In this document: positions 37,504-48,161 of the stretch, piece after piece
How the letters are laid out: the number at the start of each line of letters is the position of its first letter
Numbering within the stretch: position 1 is the stretch's first letter
Assembly: GCA_047150005.1 (NCBI GenBank)
Contig: AP038806.1
Coordinates: 2,368,001 to 2,432,000, forward strand
Reading direction: 5' to 3'
DNA from: Nitrospira sp.
GTDB lineage: Bacteria > Nitrospirota > Nitrospiria > Nitrospirales > Nitrospiraceae
DNA: 64,000 bases
Notes under the pieces: generated by a model
The model's database searches: none
Seen by the model: only the letters and a program-made list of their open reading frames with translations
Told to the model about the DNA's origin: nothing
Made by a program: the position numbers and the translations under genes

Positions 37504-39807
37504 ATGGCAACGCCCTTTGTCGGCCAGACATTTAGCTTCACTCAGCCCGATGGCACGGCGCTGCAAGTGCGCGGGTGGGGCGATCAGCACTACGCGGTCT
37601 TCGAGACAGTGGATGGCTACACGGTCACGAAAAATCCACAGACCGGTTATTGGGAGGTGGCGCAGCTCTCGGCGGATAGGACCAGGTTGGAACCGCTGCG
37701 CGATGCACGTTCCAGTCCCGGCGAAGGCCGCAGCCGCGTCGGTCGAGGGTTGCGTATTGAAGCGGCCAGCGCGAGAGAGGCGGGGTTGGCGGGGGCCCGG
37801 CGCTTCGGAGGCCGGCGTTGCGATCAGCGGCGTCGAGAGCGAAAAGATCTCATGCGTGCGATGCGTATGATCGTCGCAAGGGGCGGCCCCGCGTTCGCTC
37901 CCCCGCAACGCACGACGGTCGGCGACTATGTCGGGCTCTGCCTGCTGATCGATTTTTCCGACGCGCCGGCGTCCATCGCGCGTGAAGAAGTCGAGCGATT
38001 CTGTAATCAGGTCGGCTACAGCGGCTTCGGCAACAATGGATCGGTGCACGACTACTTTGTCGACAACTCCCTCGGTGAGCTGAACTATACCAATCTGGTC
38101 GCCCCCTATTATCGGGCACAGCACCCGAAGACCTACTACACTGATCCTACGATTGAAATGGGGGTCCGGGCACGCGAGTTGATTCGGGAGGCGCTTACCC
38201 ATTGGAAAGCCAATGGATTCGACTTTTCCCCGCTGACGGTGGATGAGACCGGCCAAGTCTATGCGATGAACGTGTTCTATGCGGGGCCTGTGGTCAACAA
38301 CTGGAGCGAAGGGCTGTGGCCTCACGCGTGGATGATGGGCACGGAAGTCCCGCTTATGCCTGGGAAAGCGGCGTTCGACTATCAGTTCACCGCGATGGGG
38401 CATGAATTGGTCCTGGGGACGTTTTGCCATGAGAACGGCCATATGCTGTGCGACTATCCCGATCTGTACGATTATGGGAATGAATCCGCCGGTGTGGGCA
38501 TGTTTTGCTTGATGTGTGCCGGCAACCATGCCGACCCCAAAAATCCGGTGAACATCAGCGCGTACCTCAAACGCTTATCGGGATGGGCGGGAAGCGTCAT
38601 CAACCTGGAGCATGGCGCTACGGTCAGCCTGAACGCGGCACAAAACGAGTTCGCGATGTTTGCGAAAGGCAACAGCGAGTACTTCCTCATTGAAAATCGA
38701 GCGAAAACAGGCCGCGATCGTGCGTTGCCCGATGCGGGTTTGGCGATTTGGCATATTGACGAGCAGGGCGACAATAGCAATGAGCACATGAGCGCCGGCA
38801 GCCACTATGAGTTGTCCTTGGAGCAGGCGGATGGTCTCTTCGAACTCGAGCGTTCGCGCACTGAAATGGGAGACGTGAATGATCTGTATGTCGGCGCCGC
38901 CGCTCGCTTTGCCGACGACACGGTGCCGAGCAGCAAATGGTGGGACGGCACGGCATCGTACCTTGCTATCGACAATGTGTCAGCGGCCACTGCCACCATG
39001 AATTTCCGCTGCATGTTCTCCAATGTCGGAACCCCGCCGGTCACCGGCACCATACGTCGTGAGTCGGCGCCGAACCGCGGCATTCCCGACAATCACGCGA
39101 GCGGTATCACCGACACCATACAAGTGAACGATGTGGCCACGATTGCGGATCTCAAGGTAGGGGTGGATATCACGCACACCTATCGCGGCGATCTCGAAGT
39201 GACCTTGCTGGCCCCGTGGGGGGCGTCGATCGTCTTGCACCCGAAGAACGAGGGTGGAGGCGCGGATGATCTGAAAATGACCTACGACCCGAGCACGCTC
39301 CCTCCGTTGGCGGGATGGCGAAGTCGAAGCACTCAAGGCGTCTGGACCTTGCGGGTCAGGGATCTCGCTTCCAAAGACCTCGGCACGTTAAACCGTTGGT
39401 CCTTAGAATTCACCGCTGGTACTGCGATCGCAGGACCGATTGTCATGCAGGAATCACCAGGGACAGTCATCCCGGACAATCAGCCTGCCGGAATCGAGCG
39501 CACGTTGGTCACGACAGCGTCGGGCAGCGCCGGCGATATCGAAGTCGCAGTCGACATCGGCCACACCTATATAGGAGATCTACGGGTCAGCCTCGTGGCT
39601 CCTTCCGGTACGGAAGTCCTGCTCCACAACCTGACAGGAGGACAAGCCAAGAATATCATCAAGACGTACACACGTGCGACGACGCCGGATCTCGGAGGTC
39701 TCATCGGCAAGCCGATCGCCGGAGATTGGCGCCTGCGGGTGTCGGACCGTGCGGCTGAAGATATCGGCAAGCTCAACATGTGGAAGGTCACGATTCAAGC
39801 GGCATGA
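37504..39807 (+). CDS. M6-family (immune inhibitor A-like) metalloprotease with two proprotein-convertase P domains
   Basis: GSVHDYF, CHENGHMLCDYPDLYD, CLM, EYFLIENR; two IPDN…HTY.GDL…G.W.LRV.D repeats. Confidence 0.9.
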   Translation: MATPFVGQTFSFTQPDGTALQVRGWGDQHYAVFETVDGYTVTKNPQTGYWEVAQLSADRTRLEPLRDARSSPGEGRSRVGRGLRIEAASAREAGLAGARRFGGRRCDQRRRERKDLMRAMRMIVARGGPAFAPPQRTTVGDYVGLCLLIDFSDAPASIAREEVERFCNQVGYSGFGNNGSVHDYFVDNSLGELNYTNLVAPYYRAQHPKTYYTDPTIEMGVRARELIREALTHWKANGFDFSPLTVDETGQVYAMNVFYAGPVVNNWSEGLWPHAWMMGTEVPLMPGKAAFDYQFTAMGHELVLGTFCHENGHMLCDYPDLYDYGNESAGVGMFCLMCAGNHADPKNPVNISAYLKRLSGWAGSVINLEHGATVSLNAAQNEFAMFAKGNSEYFLIENRAKTGRDRALPDAGLAIWHIDEQGDNSNEHMSAGSHYELSLEQADGLFELERSRTEMGDVNDLYVGAAARFADDTVPSSKWWDGTASYLAIDNVSAATATMNFRCMFSNVGTPPVTGTIRRESAPNRGIPDNHASGITDTIQVNDVATIADLKVGVDITHTYRGDLEVTLLAPWGASIVLHPKNEGGGADDLKMTYDPSTLPPLAGWRSRSTQGVWTLRVRDLASKDLGTLNRWSLEFTAGTAIAGPIVMQESPGTVIPDNQPAGIERTLVTTASGSAGDIEVAVDIGHTYIGDLRVSLVAPSGTEVLLHNLTGGQAKNIIKTYTRATTPDLGGLIGKPIAGDWRLRVSDRAAEDIGKLNMWKVTIQAA

Positions 39808-39928
39808 CGTGAACGCGCGTCCTGCGACGTCAGCATGGCGATGAGTGGTTATGCGGCGCATCGACGTGGATCACCTTCCATGCCGAGCCGAAGCACCGGC
39901 TCGAACTGAAGCCCAAGGGAGATCTATC

Positions 39929-40776
39929 ATGCCGTCACGCATGCCATCACGTCATCGAAGATCCACGTCGAGTCACCGCACGGCGAAGAGTGCTGGTCCG
40001 ACCTATCCTGGGTACTCCATCACCGTCGGCGTGAAAGATAGCGCTTCGGTGCGGACGGTGCAGCAACGGCTGAATGAAGTCGGATGCGGGCCGCTGTCTG
40101 CAATGGTAACTTCGATCGCGTGACACGGGCCGCCGTTCAACTCTTTCAAGCGCGTGCCGTAGATGGCCAAGGCCAGGCGCTGAAGGTGGACGGTGTGGTC
40201 GGTCCTCTCACCTGGACTGCGTTGTTCGGCGAACAGACGCGTCCTACTATCACTGGCCAGCCTGTATCGGTGTTGGTACAAGCATGCCTCAGTGCCGCTG
40301 CCTCCCAAGTCGGGGTCATGGAAGACCCTCCCGGATCAAATCGTGGCCCCCAGGTCGATCAATATCTCCGGTCGGTCGGCGTGAACCCCTCGGCCGGCAG
40401 CTATCCCTGGTGTGCGGCCTTTGTGTATTGGTCGTTCGAAAGAGCAGCAGCCCGAGTGGGAACCGCCAATCCCGTGGTTCGCACGGCGGGCGTACTCAAT
40501 CATTGGAACAAGGCCGGTGAGTCAGGCGCCAGGCGGATACTGCCGGAGGAGCTGCTTGACGATTTCTCGCTTCTGAAACCCGGGCTCATCTTTGTCATGA
40601 GCACGGGAGGAGGAAAGGGTCATACGGGCTTGGTCGAGGATTATCGTGATGACCGGCTGATCACGATCGAAGGCAACACGAATCTCCCCGGTGATCGGGA
40701 AGGGGTTGGCGTCTTCCGGCGAACCGGCCGGAAGATTTCGGACATCAACAAAGGCTTCATCAGCTATGACGCGTAA
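39929..40776 (+). pseudogene. Peptidoglycan-binding + CHAP-like amidase, frameshifted near 40100
   Basis: VRTVQQRLNEVGCGPL in one frame continues as NGNFDRVTRAAVQLFQ…VDGVVGPLTW in another. CHAP-like motifs PWCAAFV, GHTGLV, TIEGNT. Confidence 0.75.
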
Positions 40777-40802
40777 GGCTGTGTGCCGGAAATCTCGCGC
40801 TT

Positions 40803-41063
40803 GTGATCAGTGCGACGATTACCGTCCTGGCAGGACTCGCAAGCTTCTGGGATATCGAAACATATTGGTTGCGCAAGAGGCTGAGGCTCGCCCAGCTTGA
40901 GGCCTTAAGAGAAGAATACGTAATGTTGAAGCTCATGGGGAAGCACGGCCATGCAGAACTCGACAGCCTCATCAATCGATATCTCTCTATCGTAAATACA
41001 GCGCCAAGCTGGGCGGACACGCCCGCAAAGAAGAAGCCTGAACAACCTCAAGACAGCACGTAA
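40803..41063 (+). CDS. Short hypothetical protein or gene fragment
   Basis: Hydrophobic start and helical body; weak start context. Confidence 0.35.
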   Translation: MISATITVLAGLASFWDIETYWLRKRLRLAQLEALREEYVMLKLMGKHGHAELDSLINRYLSIVNTAPSWADTPAKKKPEQPQDST

Positions 41064-41467
41064 ATTAAATACAAGCTCCTCCGCTCAGTCACTGGTTGAG
41101 CCGCAGACACGACATGGCGAGTGCACATTGGTCGAGGCTGCCGTAGTCGGTCGGCACTGGAGACAATCGTGTCGCACGAGTAGAACATCTTCATGACTCC
41201 ACCCGGCCTTGCCCAAAGGAGGCTACTACCATCTCTTACCTGTATCAGTATTGATCCACATTCGGTCTGTTTAGATTCACCATGCGATCTCAGAATACTA
41301 CTTATGCAAGAGTTTTCAGTCGGTTAGGTGAGCATCCTAAGCGGTTAGAATTTTGCACCATTCCACATGCCGTCCGTCGTCACTAACACGGTCTCACAGT
41401 CCGATTGCTCTAAATCAATGTAGTCAGACTATTTTGACCTCCATTAGACCTACTAGAGGTACCGGAA

Positions 41468-42400
41468 TTGGTTGGGGAGAGCTCTCAAATCACGGCAATC
41501 CGGAATTACCTCCATCAGGTGGCCGGGTCCAACGCCCATGTGCTGATTACCGGAGAAACGGGAACCGGAAAGGATTTGGCCGCTGAACTCCTTCACGCGA
41601 GTAGTCCACGCTTCAAGAACCCATTTGTCAGTTTCAATTGTGCAGCTATTCCGGATTCACTTCTGGAAAGCGAATTGTTCGGTCATGAGAAGGGCGCGTT
41701 TACGGGAGCCGATATCAAGCGCCAAGGACTGTTTGCGGCGACAAACGGAGGTACGGTCTTTCTCGACGAAATCGGAGAAATGCCACTCCGCGCGCAATCC
41801 AAGATTCTCCGCGTGCTTGATTGCAGACAGATTCAGCGCATCGGTTCGGCGCGTTCGTATCCTGTCGACGTCCGAATTATAGCGGCTACCAATCAGAACC
41901 TCGAGGAACTGGTTGCGGAGGGCCACTTTCGGAAAGACCTTTACTACCGACTCAATGTTGCCAGGGTTCATCTGCCCCCGCTTCGCGAGCGGAGAGATGA
42001 TATTCCCCACCTGATAGGCCATTTTCTTCACCTGTTCAATGAGCAGATGGACAAACACGTTGTCGGCTTGGAAGGAGATGTGCACGATTGTCTTCTGGAA
42101 TACGAATGGCCGGGGAACGTGAGGGAGCTGAAGAATCTCCTGGAGGCGACCTTTCTCACCATTCAAGCTTCAATGATCGGATTCCTGGACCTCCCTGCGG
42201 ACTATCAGAAGAAGTTCTTACAGATGCGGAACGCTCCGTTCGTGGAGCGAGAGAACTTGCTTTCGATGCTCCTTGCAACCAATTGGAACAAGACCAAAGC
42301 GGCGAAGCAGCTTCATTGGTCGAGAATGACGGTGTATCGCAAGATGGCCAAGTACAGCCTCAGTCCATCGTCCATCACAATGCCCAGAACAAGAGCCTAG
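41468..42400 (+). CDS. Sigma-54-dependent transcriptional activator (AAA+ and Fis-type HTH) without an N-terminal sensory domain
   Basis: [38 protein letters not shown]-terminal HTH. In-frame TGA at 41435 limits the N-terminus. Confidence 0.85.
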   Translation: MVGESSQITAIRNYLHQVAGSNAHVLITGETGTGKDLAAELLHASSPRFKNPFVSFNCAAIPDSLLESELFGHEKGAFTGADIKRQGLFAATNGGTVFLDEIGEMPLRAQSKILRVLDCRQIQRIGSARSYPVDVRIIAATNQNLEELVAEGHFRKDLYYRLNVARVHLPPLRERRDDIPHLIGHFLHLFNEQMDKHVVGLEGDVHDCLLEYEWPGNVRELKNLLEATFLTIQASMIGFLDLPADYQKKFLQMRNAPFVERENLLSMLLATNWNKTKAAKQLHWSRMTVYRKMAKYSLSPSSITMPRTRA

Positions 42401-42403
42401 AGC

Positions 42404-45400
42404 ATGAAAAGCTTTTCGCTGAGCAATGCAAAGTGGCTCGTCGCTCCGCTCATCATATTGGCGGGTATCGGAGCGATGTGGTCCTATTACGCCCTTATCC
42501 ACGTACCCAGTCAGGTCGAGTACTTCTCAGGGCGCAATTTGCGAATCTTGGCGACGATAGGAAACGAAATCACTTCCGTCATTCGGAATTACAACCAAGT
42601 GCAATTGAGGACTGAGCCACGCGAATACACAATTAAACATACCTTTATCCGTTCTGGCACAGGGACTTCATGGACTATCACGTACACGTCGACCGATTCA
42701 GGCACTCCTATCAAAAAAAGGGACGTCAACAATGTGAACTTCGAGCGCAGTGAGTTCGATATTGTCCTATTCGTCGATCAGAACGGGAACGTGCTCTATC
42801 AGCAAGCGCCCGTCGGTATTCAGATTGGAAGATTCGATCGGTTGATAGGATCGAGGAGTGTGGGGGCCGAAAACAAGCAAGATACTGACAAGAAGCAAGA
42901 GGAATCAAAGACTGCTACTTCGGAAGCCAGCGGAGATACCGGCGACACTAGTGAAGCTTCGTCCAGGGGTGGGAGTACTGCCTCAGCCGATGCGAGCGAT
43001 GTGAAAGATGTCACCATTGCCGGGCAAAGTTACAAGTTGTTTCTCCTGCCCATGTTGGTTCCTGTCCAAATTCAGGAGGGGGGAACCCCAGATCCTGGCG
43101 AGGGACGTTGGGTCATCGCCGGCCTGGTCAAGACAAGCCGATTCCTTTCTGAATGCAGAGCTATTTCCTACACAGTGAGGAGTGTCGTCATCTGTCTGAT
43201 TATCGTGGTGCTGGTGAGCACGCCGATAATTGGAGTGCTTACGCTTGGAAGGCGAGAACGGGTGCGCGGGTTCAACGTGGTCATGTTGGCTTATTCACTC
43301 CTGATGGGAACGGGTCTGCTTACTCTGTTTCTGTCTGATGTGGTCGCCTATGCCAGCGCTGAAAGGCACTTGAACGACGAAACGAGACGGCTCGCCAAGG
43401 AGATCGCGAACAACGTACAAGAAGAAATACATCGGGCCTACCGTCAACTCCATCTTTTGACCAAGCGGGCAGAGCCTGACCTAGAGGCGGCCAGGATCCA
43501 AGAGGTCAAGGACGAGAAGGAAGCAAACCGTCTCGGCATAAGGAAGAACATCCTCGACACAAAGACGAATTGGATTATCAAAGAGCCATATCCGTTCCTT
43601 CGTATGGCATTTTGGATTGAGCCTAACGGATACCAAGGGGTCAAATGGTTCGCTCAATCTGCCCCTACACCGTTCCTATCGGTCAGTGAACGATCCTATT
43701 TTCAACATGTAAAAGAAGATCAACTGTGGACCATCCCCCTGGTGGAAGAGAAAACAGAGAGTCCTGCGAGGCTGTGGGTCGAGCCCATCTATTCGTGGAC
43801 CACAGCCGAAAATTCGACTGTGCTGGCCATCCCTGTATCCCCGGTCCTGCCTGGATTCGAGAGCTGGGCCGCGGCATTAGAGACGAAGTTCCTCTCCTTG
43901 ATCAATCCGGTCCTGCCGAAAGGGTTCGGATACGCGGTCATTGACGGAACCGGGAAAGTCCTGTTTCACTCGGATGAACGGCGTAACCTCCGGGAATCGT
44001 TCATTGAGGAAACCGATCATAATCGCCGGATCCAAGCGGCACTGGCCGGGCGCAGTGAACAGGAGGGTGATGGCCTGTATTGGGGGCATGATCATCATTT
44101 TGTGGTGAAACCCTTGGAGCGACTCCCATGGACCCTTGTGGTATTCCGAGACAAGGAATTGCTCCGCACAGCCGATGCTGAGGGCTTGGCCACGGCCGGC
44201 CTCATGCTCCTCTTGTATGTTTTGATCATGAGCGCGCTGTTTTCTGTGAGTTGGGTCTTTTGCTGCCTCAGAAGATCTCCGCACAAGTACCGAGCGACCT
44301 GGCTCTGGTTGCGCCTTGACAAGCATCAGGCTTATCGCCGCACCTTATTTTTCAATATAGAAATGTCGTTGGTCCTTGTCATGGTTATCCTGTGGGGCAG
44401 CCCATCGCTGACCACCGCAGCGGGTGCGCTCGTTCCCATTGTGGCGGTTGGTTTTGGCGTGTTCCAATGGCAACGACGCTCGCACAGCGGACGCAAGGTG
44501 ACGAATGCAGGAGAAGTGCTCTATCAGGCGGCCGCCGTATCCTTCGTCGTGGTTCTGGGTGTCCTGCCTGCCTTAGCATTCTTCAGGGTAGCGTATGAAG
44601 TGGAGCATGATCTCTTCCTCAAGCAAGGCCAGGCCAGCCTTGCGGCGGGGTTGCTGGATCGGGAGCAGCGCGTGCGGAAGGACTATGAGAAGGTCAACTT
44701 GCCCGGGGACCTCAAGCAGGAATTCTTTCGGCGGCGATTGGCCGAATTCTCCGGAGAAAACTATCTGGACATATATCACCGATTTTTTGCAAACACCCAG
44801 ATAGAGTATGTCGACGATAATTCGATCCCCAAAATCCACCCCACTCGAAACGAAGGACAGTTGCGTTGGTTGCTGGAAACGATTCGAATTCCATTTAACA
44901 ATTTGGCCACCGAATCTTCTGGCTTGATGGGCGCTGGTTCAGGCGACGGATTGTTCACCTGGGAATCGCCTTCGGGCGCTCAATTGGATCTGTATTACAG
45001 GCCGGTCGAACGACCTCAGGCTGCGCACCATGTGATCAAGCTCAGCTCAAATAGGCTGGTCCTTCTAAATAAGGACACGTTGTTAGAGGTCGCGCTTGCG
45101 ATCGCCCTCTTGGGATGCAACATCTTTCTTATAGTCAGCCTTATCGGACGGACCGTCTTCGCTAGCCATGTCCCCGCAGCTTCTGGATACAAGACAGGGC
45201 AACGAGGGGACGAACCTTATGCCGGAAGTTATAGCGGGAACGTGCTTATTCTCGGATCCCGGCCGCCCCATCGGGCGCTACGTGCTTCGTCACATATCAT
45301 CGACCTTGGCTCGGTCATGGTCGATGACGCGTGGATCGATTCTGTGAGAGCCGATATCGCCAAGGTCCATGGGACGCCTGTTGCCTTTCGCAATTGGGAG

Positions 45401-46282
45401 TCCCACATGGACGATCCACTGAGGAATCAACAGAAGTTACAGTTCCTGCGTGACCTGCAGGCGGAAGGACGATCATTGGTTATTCAGTCGAGAACTGATC
45501 CGACCCAGTTTGAGTTGAGTGATGAAGCAGGCCGTCACACCGAAACACAATGGCTGCATGCGCTGAGGTCCTTTTCCCGGGTCTATCCGGACGACGATCC
45601 TGGAGATAGCGCTGCATTCGAAAAGCTTGTGGATGATAAAGAGCAGGAGGCATTGCGAGAGTTGAATGTAACCTCTCAAGAAGAGAAGCGGAAGGCTCAG
45701 ATGGTGATCGGAACAGCCTGCCGGATTCTTCGGGACGAATGTAGTCCGACTTACCGTCTCCAAGCTATCGGGAGTGGGATCGTACAGCTTCTCGATTTCA
45801 GCCGGGTGAGCAGTGGAGAAGTCCGGGAAGCGATCAGCCGTGCTGCGACCGGGTACTATCATCAACTCTGGACTACATGCTCGCGGGGAGAGCAATATGT
45901 CTTGTTTGCCCTGGCAAAGGACGGATTCATTCTGAGCATCCAGTCCGATGTGCGAAATCTTTTGAGACGAGGGCTCATCGAACGCAAACCCATGCTGGTC
46001 CCTTTCAACACGACGTTTCGTCAGTGGATTCTGGACGAAGGCAGTGACCCCAGTTACGCCAAGGCCTGGACAAAAGGGGAGCCGCAGCGGACTTGGGTGA
46101 AGGCCAGACATGTCATGGTGGCGCTCCTGGCCGCCCTGGCGTTGTTCCTTTATGCAACTCAACAGGAACAGGTGAACTATATTATGCAGTTCGCCACAGC
46201 GCTGTTTGCCGGTATCCCGATCCTTGCGGAATGGCTGGGTCAAATGTCGAGTGAGAAGACGGCGCCTACTACAACTACGTAA
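42404..46282 (+). CDS. Large multi-pass membrane protein with Cache-like extracytoplasmic domains
   Basis: Many TM segments; SERSYFQ…EPIYSWTT…GFGYAVIDGTGKVLFHSD Cache-like region; no H-box, GGDEF or MCP output domain seen. Confidence 0.7.
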   Translation: MKSFSLSNAKWLVAPLIILAGIGAMWSYYALIHVPSQVEYFSGRNLRILATIGNEITSVIRNYNQVQLRTEPREYTIKHTFIRSGTGTSWTITYTSTDSGTPIKKRDVNNVNFERSEFDIVLFVDQNGNVLYQQAPVGIQIGRFDRLIGSRSVGAENKQDTDKKQEESKTATSEASGDTGDTSEASSRGGSTASADASDVKDVTIAGQSYKLFLLPMLVPVQIQEGGTPDPGEGRWVIAGLVKTSRFLSECRAISYTVRSVVICLIIVVLVSTPIIGVLTLGRRERVRGFNVVMLAYSLLMGTGLLTLFLSDVVAYASAERHLNDETRRLAKEIANNVQEEIHRAYRQLHLLTKRAEPDLEAARIQEVKDEKEANRLGIRKNILDTKTNWIIKEPYPFLRMAFWIEPNGYQGVKWFAQSAPTPFLSVSERSYFQHVKEDQLWTIPLVEEKTESPARLWVEPIYSWTTAENSTVLAIPVSPVLPGFESWAAALETKFLSLINPVLPKGFGYAVIDGTGKVLFHSDERRNLRESFIEETDHNRRIQAALAGRSEQEGDGLYWGHDHHFVVKPLERLPWTLVVFRDKELLRTADAEGLATAGLMLLLYVLIMSALFSVSWVFCCLRRSPHKYRATWLWLRLDKHQAYRRTLFFNIEMSLVLVMVILWGSPSLTTAAGALVPIVAVGFGVFQWQRRSHSGRKVTNAGEVLYQAAAVSFVVVLGVLPALAFFRVAYEVEHDLFLKQGQASLAAGLLDREQRVRKDYEKVNLPGDLKQEFFRRRLAEFSGENYLDIYHRFFANTQIEYVDDNSIPKIHPTRNEGQLRWLLETIRIPFNNLATESSGLMGAGSGDGLFTWESPSGAQLDLYYRPVERPQAAHHVIKLSSNRLVLLNKDTLLEVALAIALLGCNIFLIVSLIGRTVFASHVPAASGYKTGQRGDEPYAGSYSGNVLILGSRPPHRALRASSHIIDLGSVMVDDAWIDSVRADIAKVHGTPVAFRNWESHMDDPLRNQQKLQFLRDLQAEGRSLVIQSRTDPTQFELSDEAGRHTETQWLHALRSFSRVYPDDDPGDSAAFEKLVDDKEQEALRELNVTSQEEKRKAQMVIGTACRILRDECSPTYRLQAIGSGIVQLLDFSRVSSGEVREAISRAATGYYHQLWTTCSRGEQYVLFALAKDGFILSIQSDVRNLLRRGLIERKPMLVPFNTTFRQWILDEGSDPSYAKAWTKGEPQRTWVKARHVMVALLAALALFLYATQQEQVNYIMQFATALFAGIPILAEWLGQMSSEKTAPTTTT

Positions 46283-46608
46283 TGTCGCTTGAACTGTTTC
46301 AGTCGCATACATACAGAGCCGCGCTCATCCTCAATAATCATAGATTCCGGTGCTGCTTTCCAGGGCCGTGATTTACGTTCCATTGTCATGACAATCCGAG
46401 AATGGAAGCCGTGAAGCAGATTAATCAGCCCCGACATGGCACGAATGGATTCACCTCCGTGCTACTCGCCTCAATGCCATCATTGTAATGTTTTGAGATT
46501 CTTTCAGAATGTCTGCTTATCCTCTCGAGACGACAGCTGGACCAATTTATGCACATTATTTCTCTCATCTCGATTCCGATACTCCACAATCTGAGAGCGA
46601 GGGATACC

Positions 46609-46971
46609 ATGTCTACTCATATCATTCATAAATTAGTCGCGTTGCTCCTTTGTCTCGCAAGCACCGGCTGCACGGTTGCTACAGGCAATCGCGATGTCGC
46701 CAGTAAGGCGGCACGAGATCGGATCCATCCAGGCATGACAAAAGCTGAGGTGAGTGGGATCATGGGAAAGCCCGCTCTGACGATTGATCGTGAGGGAAAG
46801 TCGGACAGATGGGCATACGGTTACGCGGAGATGAAGTGGAAGCCGTGGCCCTTTGCGAAGCGGGACGAACCGGAATTTCTGCTTAGCGGGCTGGAAGTAT
46901 CATTCTCGCGGAAAGGGACCGTGACAGGTGTGGACGCCTGTCGCGTATGTAGCGAGCCGGAATGCAAGTAA
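46609..46971 (+). CDS. Small lipoprotein, SmpA/OmlA(BamE)-like
   Basis: Lipobox STG-C; IHPGMTKAEVSGIMGKP…WAY…LEVSFSRKGTV. Confidence 0.7.
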   Translation: MSTHIIHKLVALLLCLASTGCTVATGNRDVASKAARDRIHPGMTKAEVSGIMGKPALTIDREGKSDRWAYGYAEMKWKPWPFAKRDEPEFLLSGLEVSFSRKGTVTGVDACRVCSEPECK

Positions 46972-47092
46972 TTTGCATATGAGGCATACAAAGGTGTTGA
47001 GGGGGCAGGGCCCGCCATCTTGATTGACGACAGCGAAAGGAACACAATAGCTCACTGTTTCGCATCTCTCGCTGATCTCCAGGAGGCCCGCC

Positions 47093-48133
47093 ATGTCACT
47101 CCATTTGCTTCCACGAGCATATGCGTCTGAAAAACACCGGAAGCAGCCGTTGCTTCCCGCGCAATCGAATGTGACACACAGAACACGTACTCACCCTCTG
47201 CTACGGCTACAGCAAACGATCGGGAATCGCGCAGTCCAAGGGCTGATCCAAACGAAGCGCCTGGGGGCTGAGCCCGGTTATGTCCTACAGCCAAGATTAA
47301 TGGTCGGGGCGGCGCATGACCACTACGAGCAAGAGGCTGATGCCGTGGCACAACGTGTCATGACCATGCCTGCTCCGGCTGCGCCATCTTCCATTCAGCG
47401 TCAAGGAGTACCGGAGGAAAAGGACAAGGAGAGGACACTGCAAACCAAGCCGCTCACGGATTCAATCACCCCGTTTCTACAGCGCGAGATGATGCCGGAG
47501 GAGGAGAAAGAAAAGCCGGTTCAGGCGAAGTTCTCTGTGCAGCGAACTGCAGGAGTAGAGGACTTTGATTCCGGAGCGGATCTCGAAGCTCGTTTATCCC
47601 GCAGCCAAGGTGGGGGCAGCGCCCTGCCGGACCATGTGCGTTCGTATATGGAACCGCGGTTCGGAGTCAATTTCAGCGGCGTGCGGGTCCATACCGATCA
47701 TGAAGCGGCGCAGATGAATCAGACTGTCGGTGCCCAAGCATTTACTCATGGCCAGGATATCTACTTCGGCGCTGGTAAGGCTCCCGGCATTTCTGACTTG
47801 ATGGCCCATGAGCTCACCCATGTCGTGCAACAGACGGGTTATAGAGCATTTCATCATCAACGGATGGAAGTGAATCACACATGTCCGACATGTGCAAAGA
47901 TGCCCCAGCTGTCTCATGCCTGTCCGAGTTGTCAAGAACGCCAAGTGGTTCAACGGTTGACCAGTCGCCAGGAGTGTGACCGCCTACGGGGTAGTTGTAA
48001 TTGGTTCTGCACGAAGCGGCATCTCTGGCTCTTTCCGCCGGATGTGAGCGGATGGCTCAATTGCCGGAAGAACTTTTGCGACTCGTGCTACAGGAAATGT
48101 TTGAATGACGGCACCTTCCCCTGCGTGTTCTGA
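47093..48133 (+). CDS. DUF4157 (eCIS core domain) protein with Cys-rich C-terminus
   Basis: LQQTIGNRAVQ, YEQEADAVA, MEPRFGVNFSGVRVHTD, AQAFTHGQDIYF, HELTHVVQQ. Confidence 0.9.
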   Translation: MSLHLLPRAYASEKHRKQPLLPAQSNVTHRTRTHPLLRLQQTIGNRAVQGLIQTKRLGAEPGYVLQPRLMVGAAHDHYEQEADAVAQRVMTMPAPAAPSSIQRQGVPEEKDKERTLQTKPLTDSITPFLQREMMPEEEKEKPVQAKFSVQRTAGVEDFDSGADLEARLSRSQGGGSALPDHVRSYMEPRFGVNFSGVRVHTDHEAAQMNQTVGAQAFTHGQDIYFGAGKAPGISDLMAHELTHVVQQTGYRAFHHQRMEVNHTCPTCAKMPQLSHACPSCQERQVVQRLTSRQECDRLRGSCNWFCTKRHLWLFPPDVSGWLNCRKNFCDSCYRKCLNDGTFPCVF

Positions 48134-48161
48134 TGAGATAGCCTACTTGAATGCGACGTTC

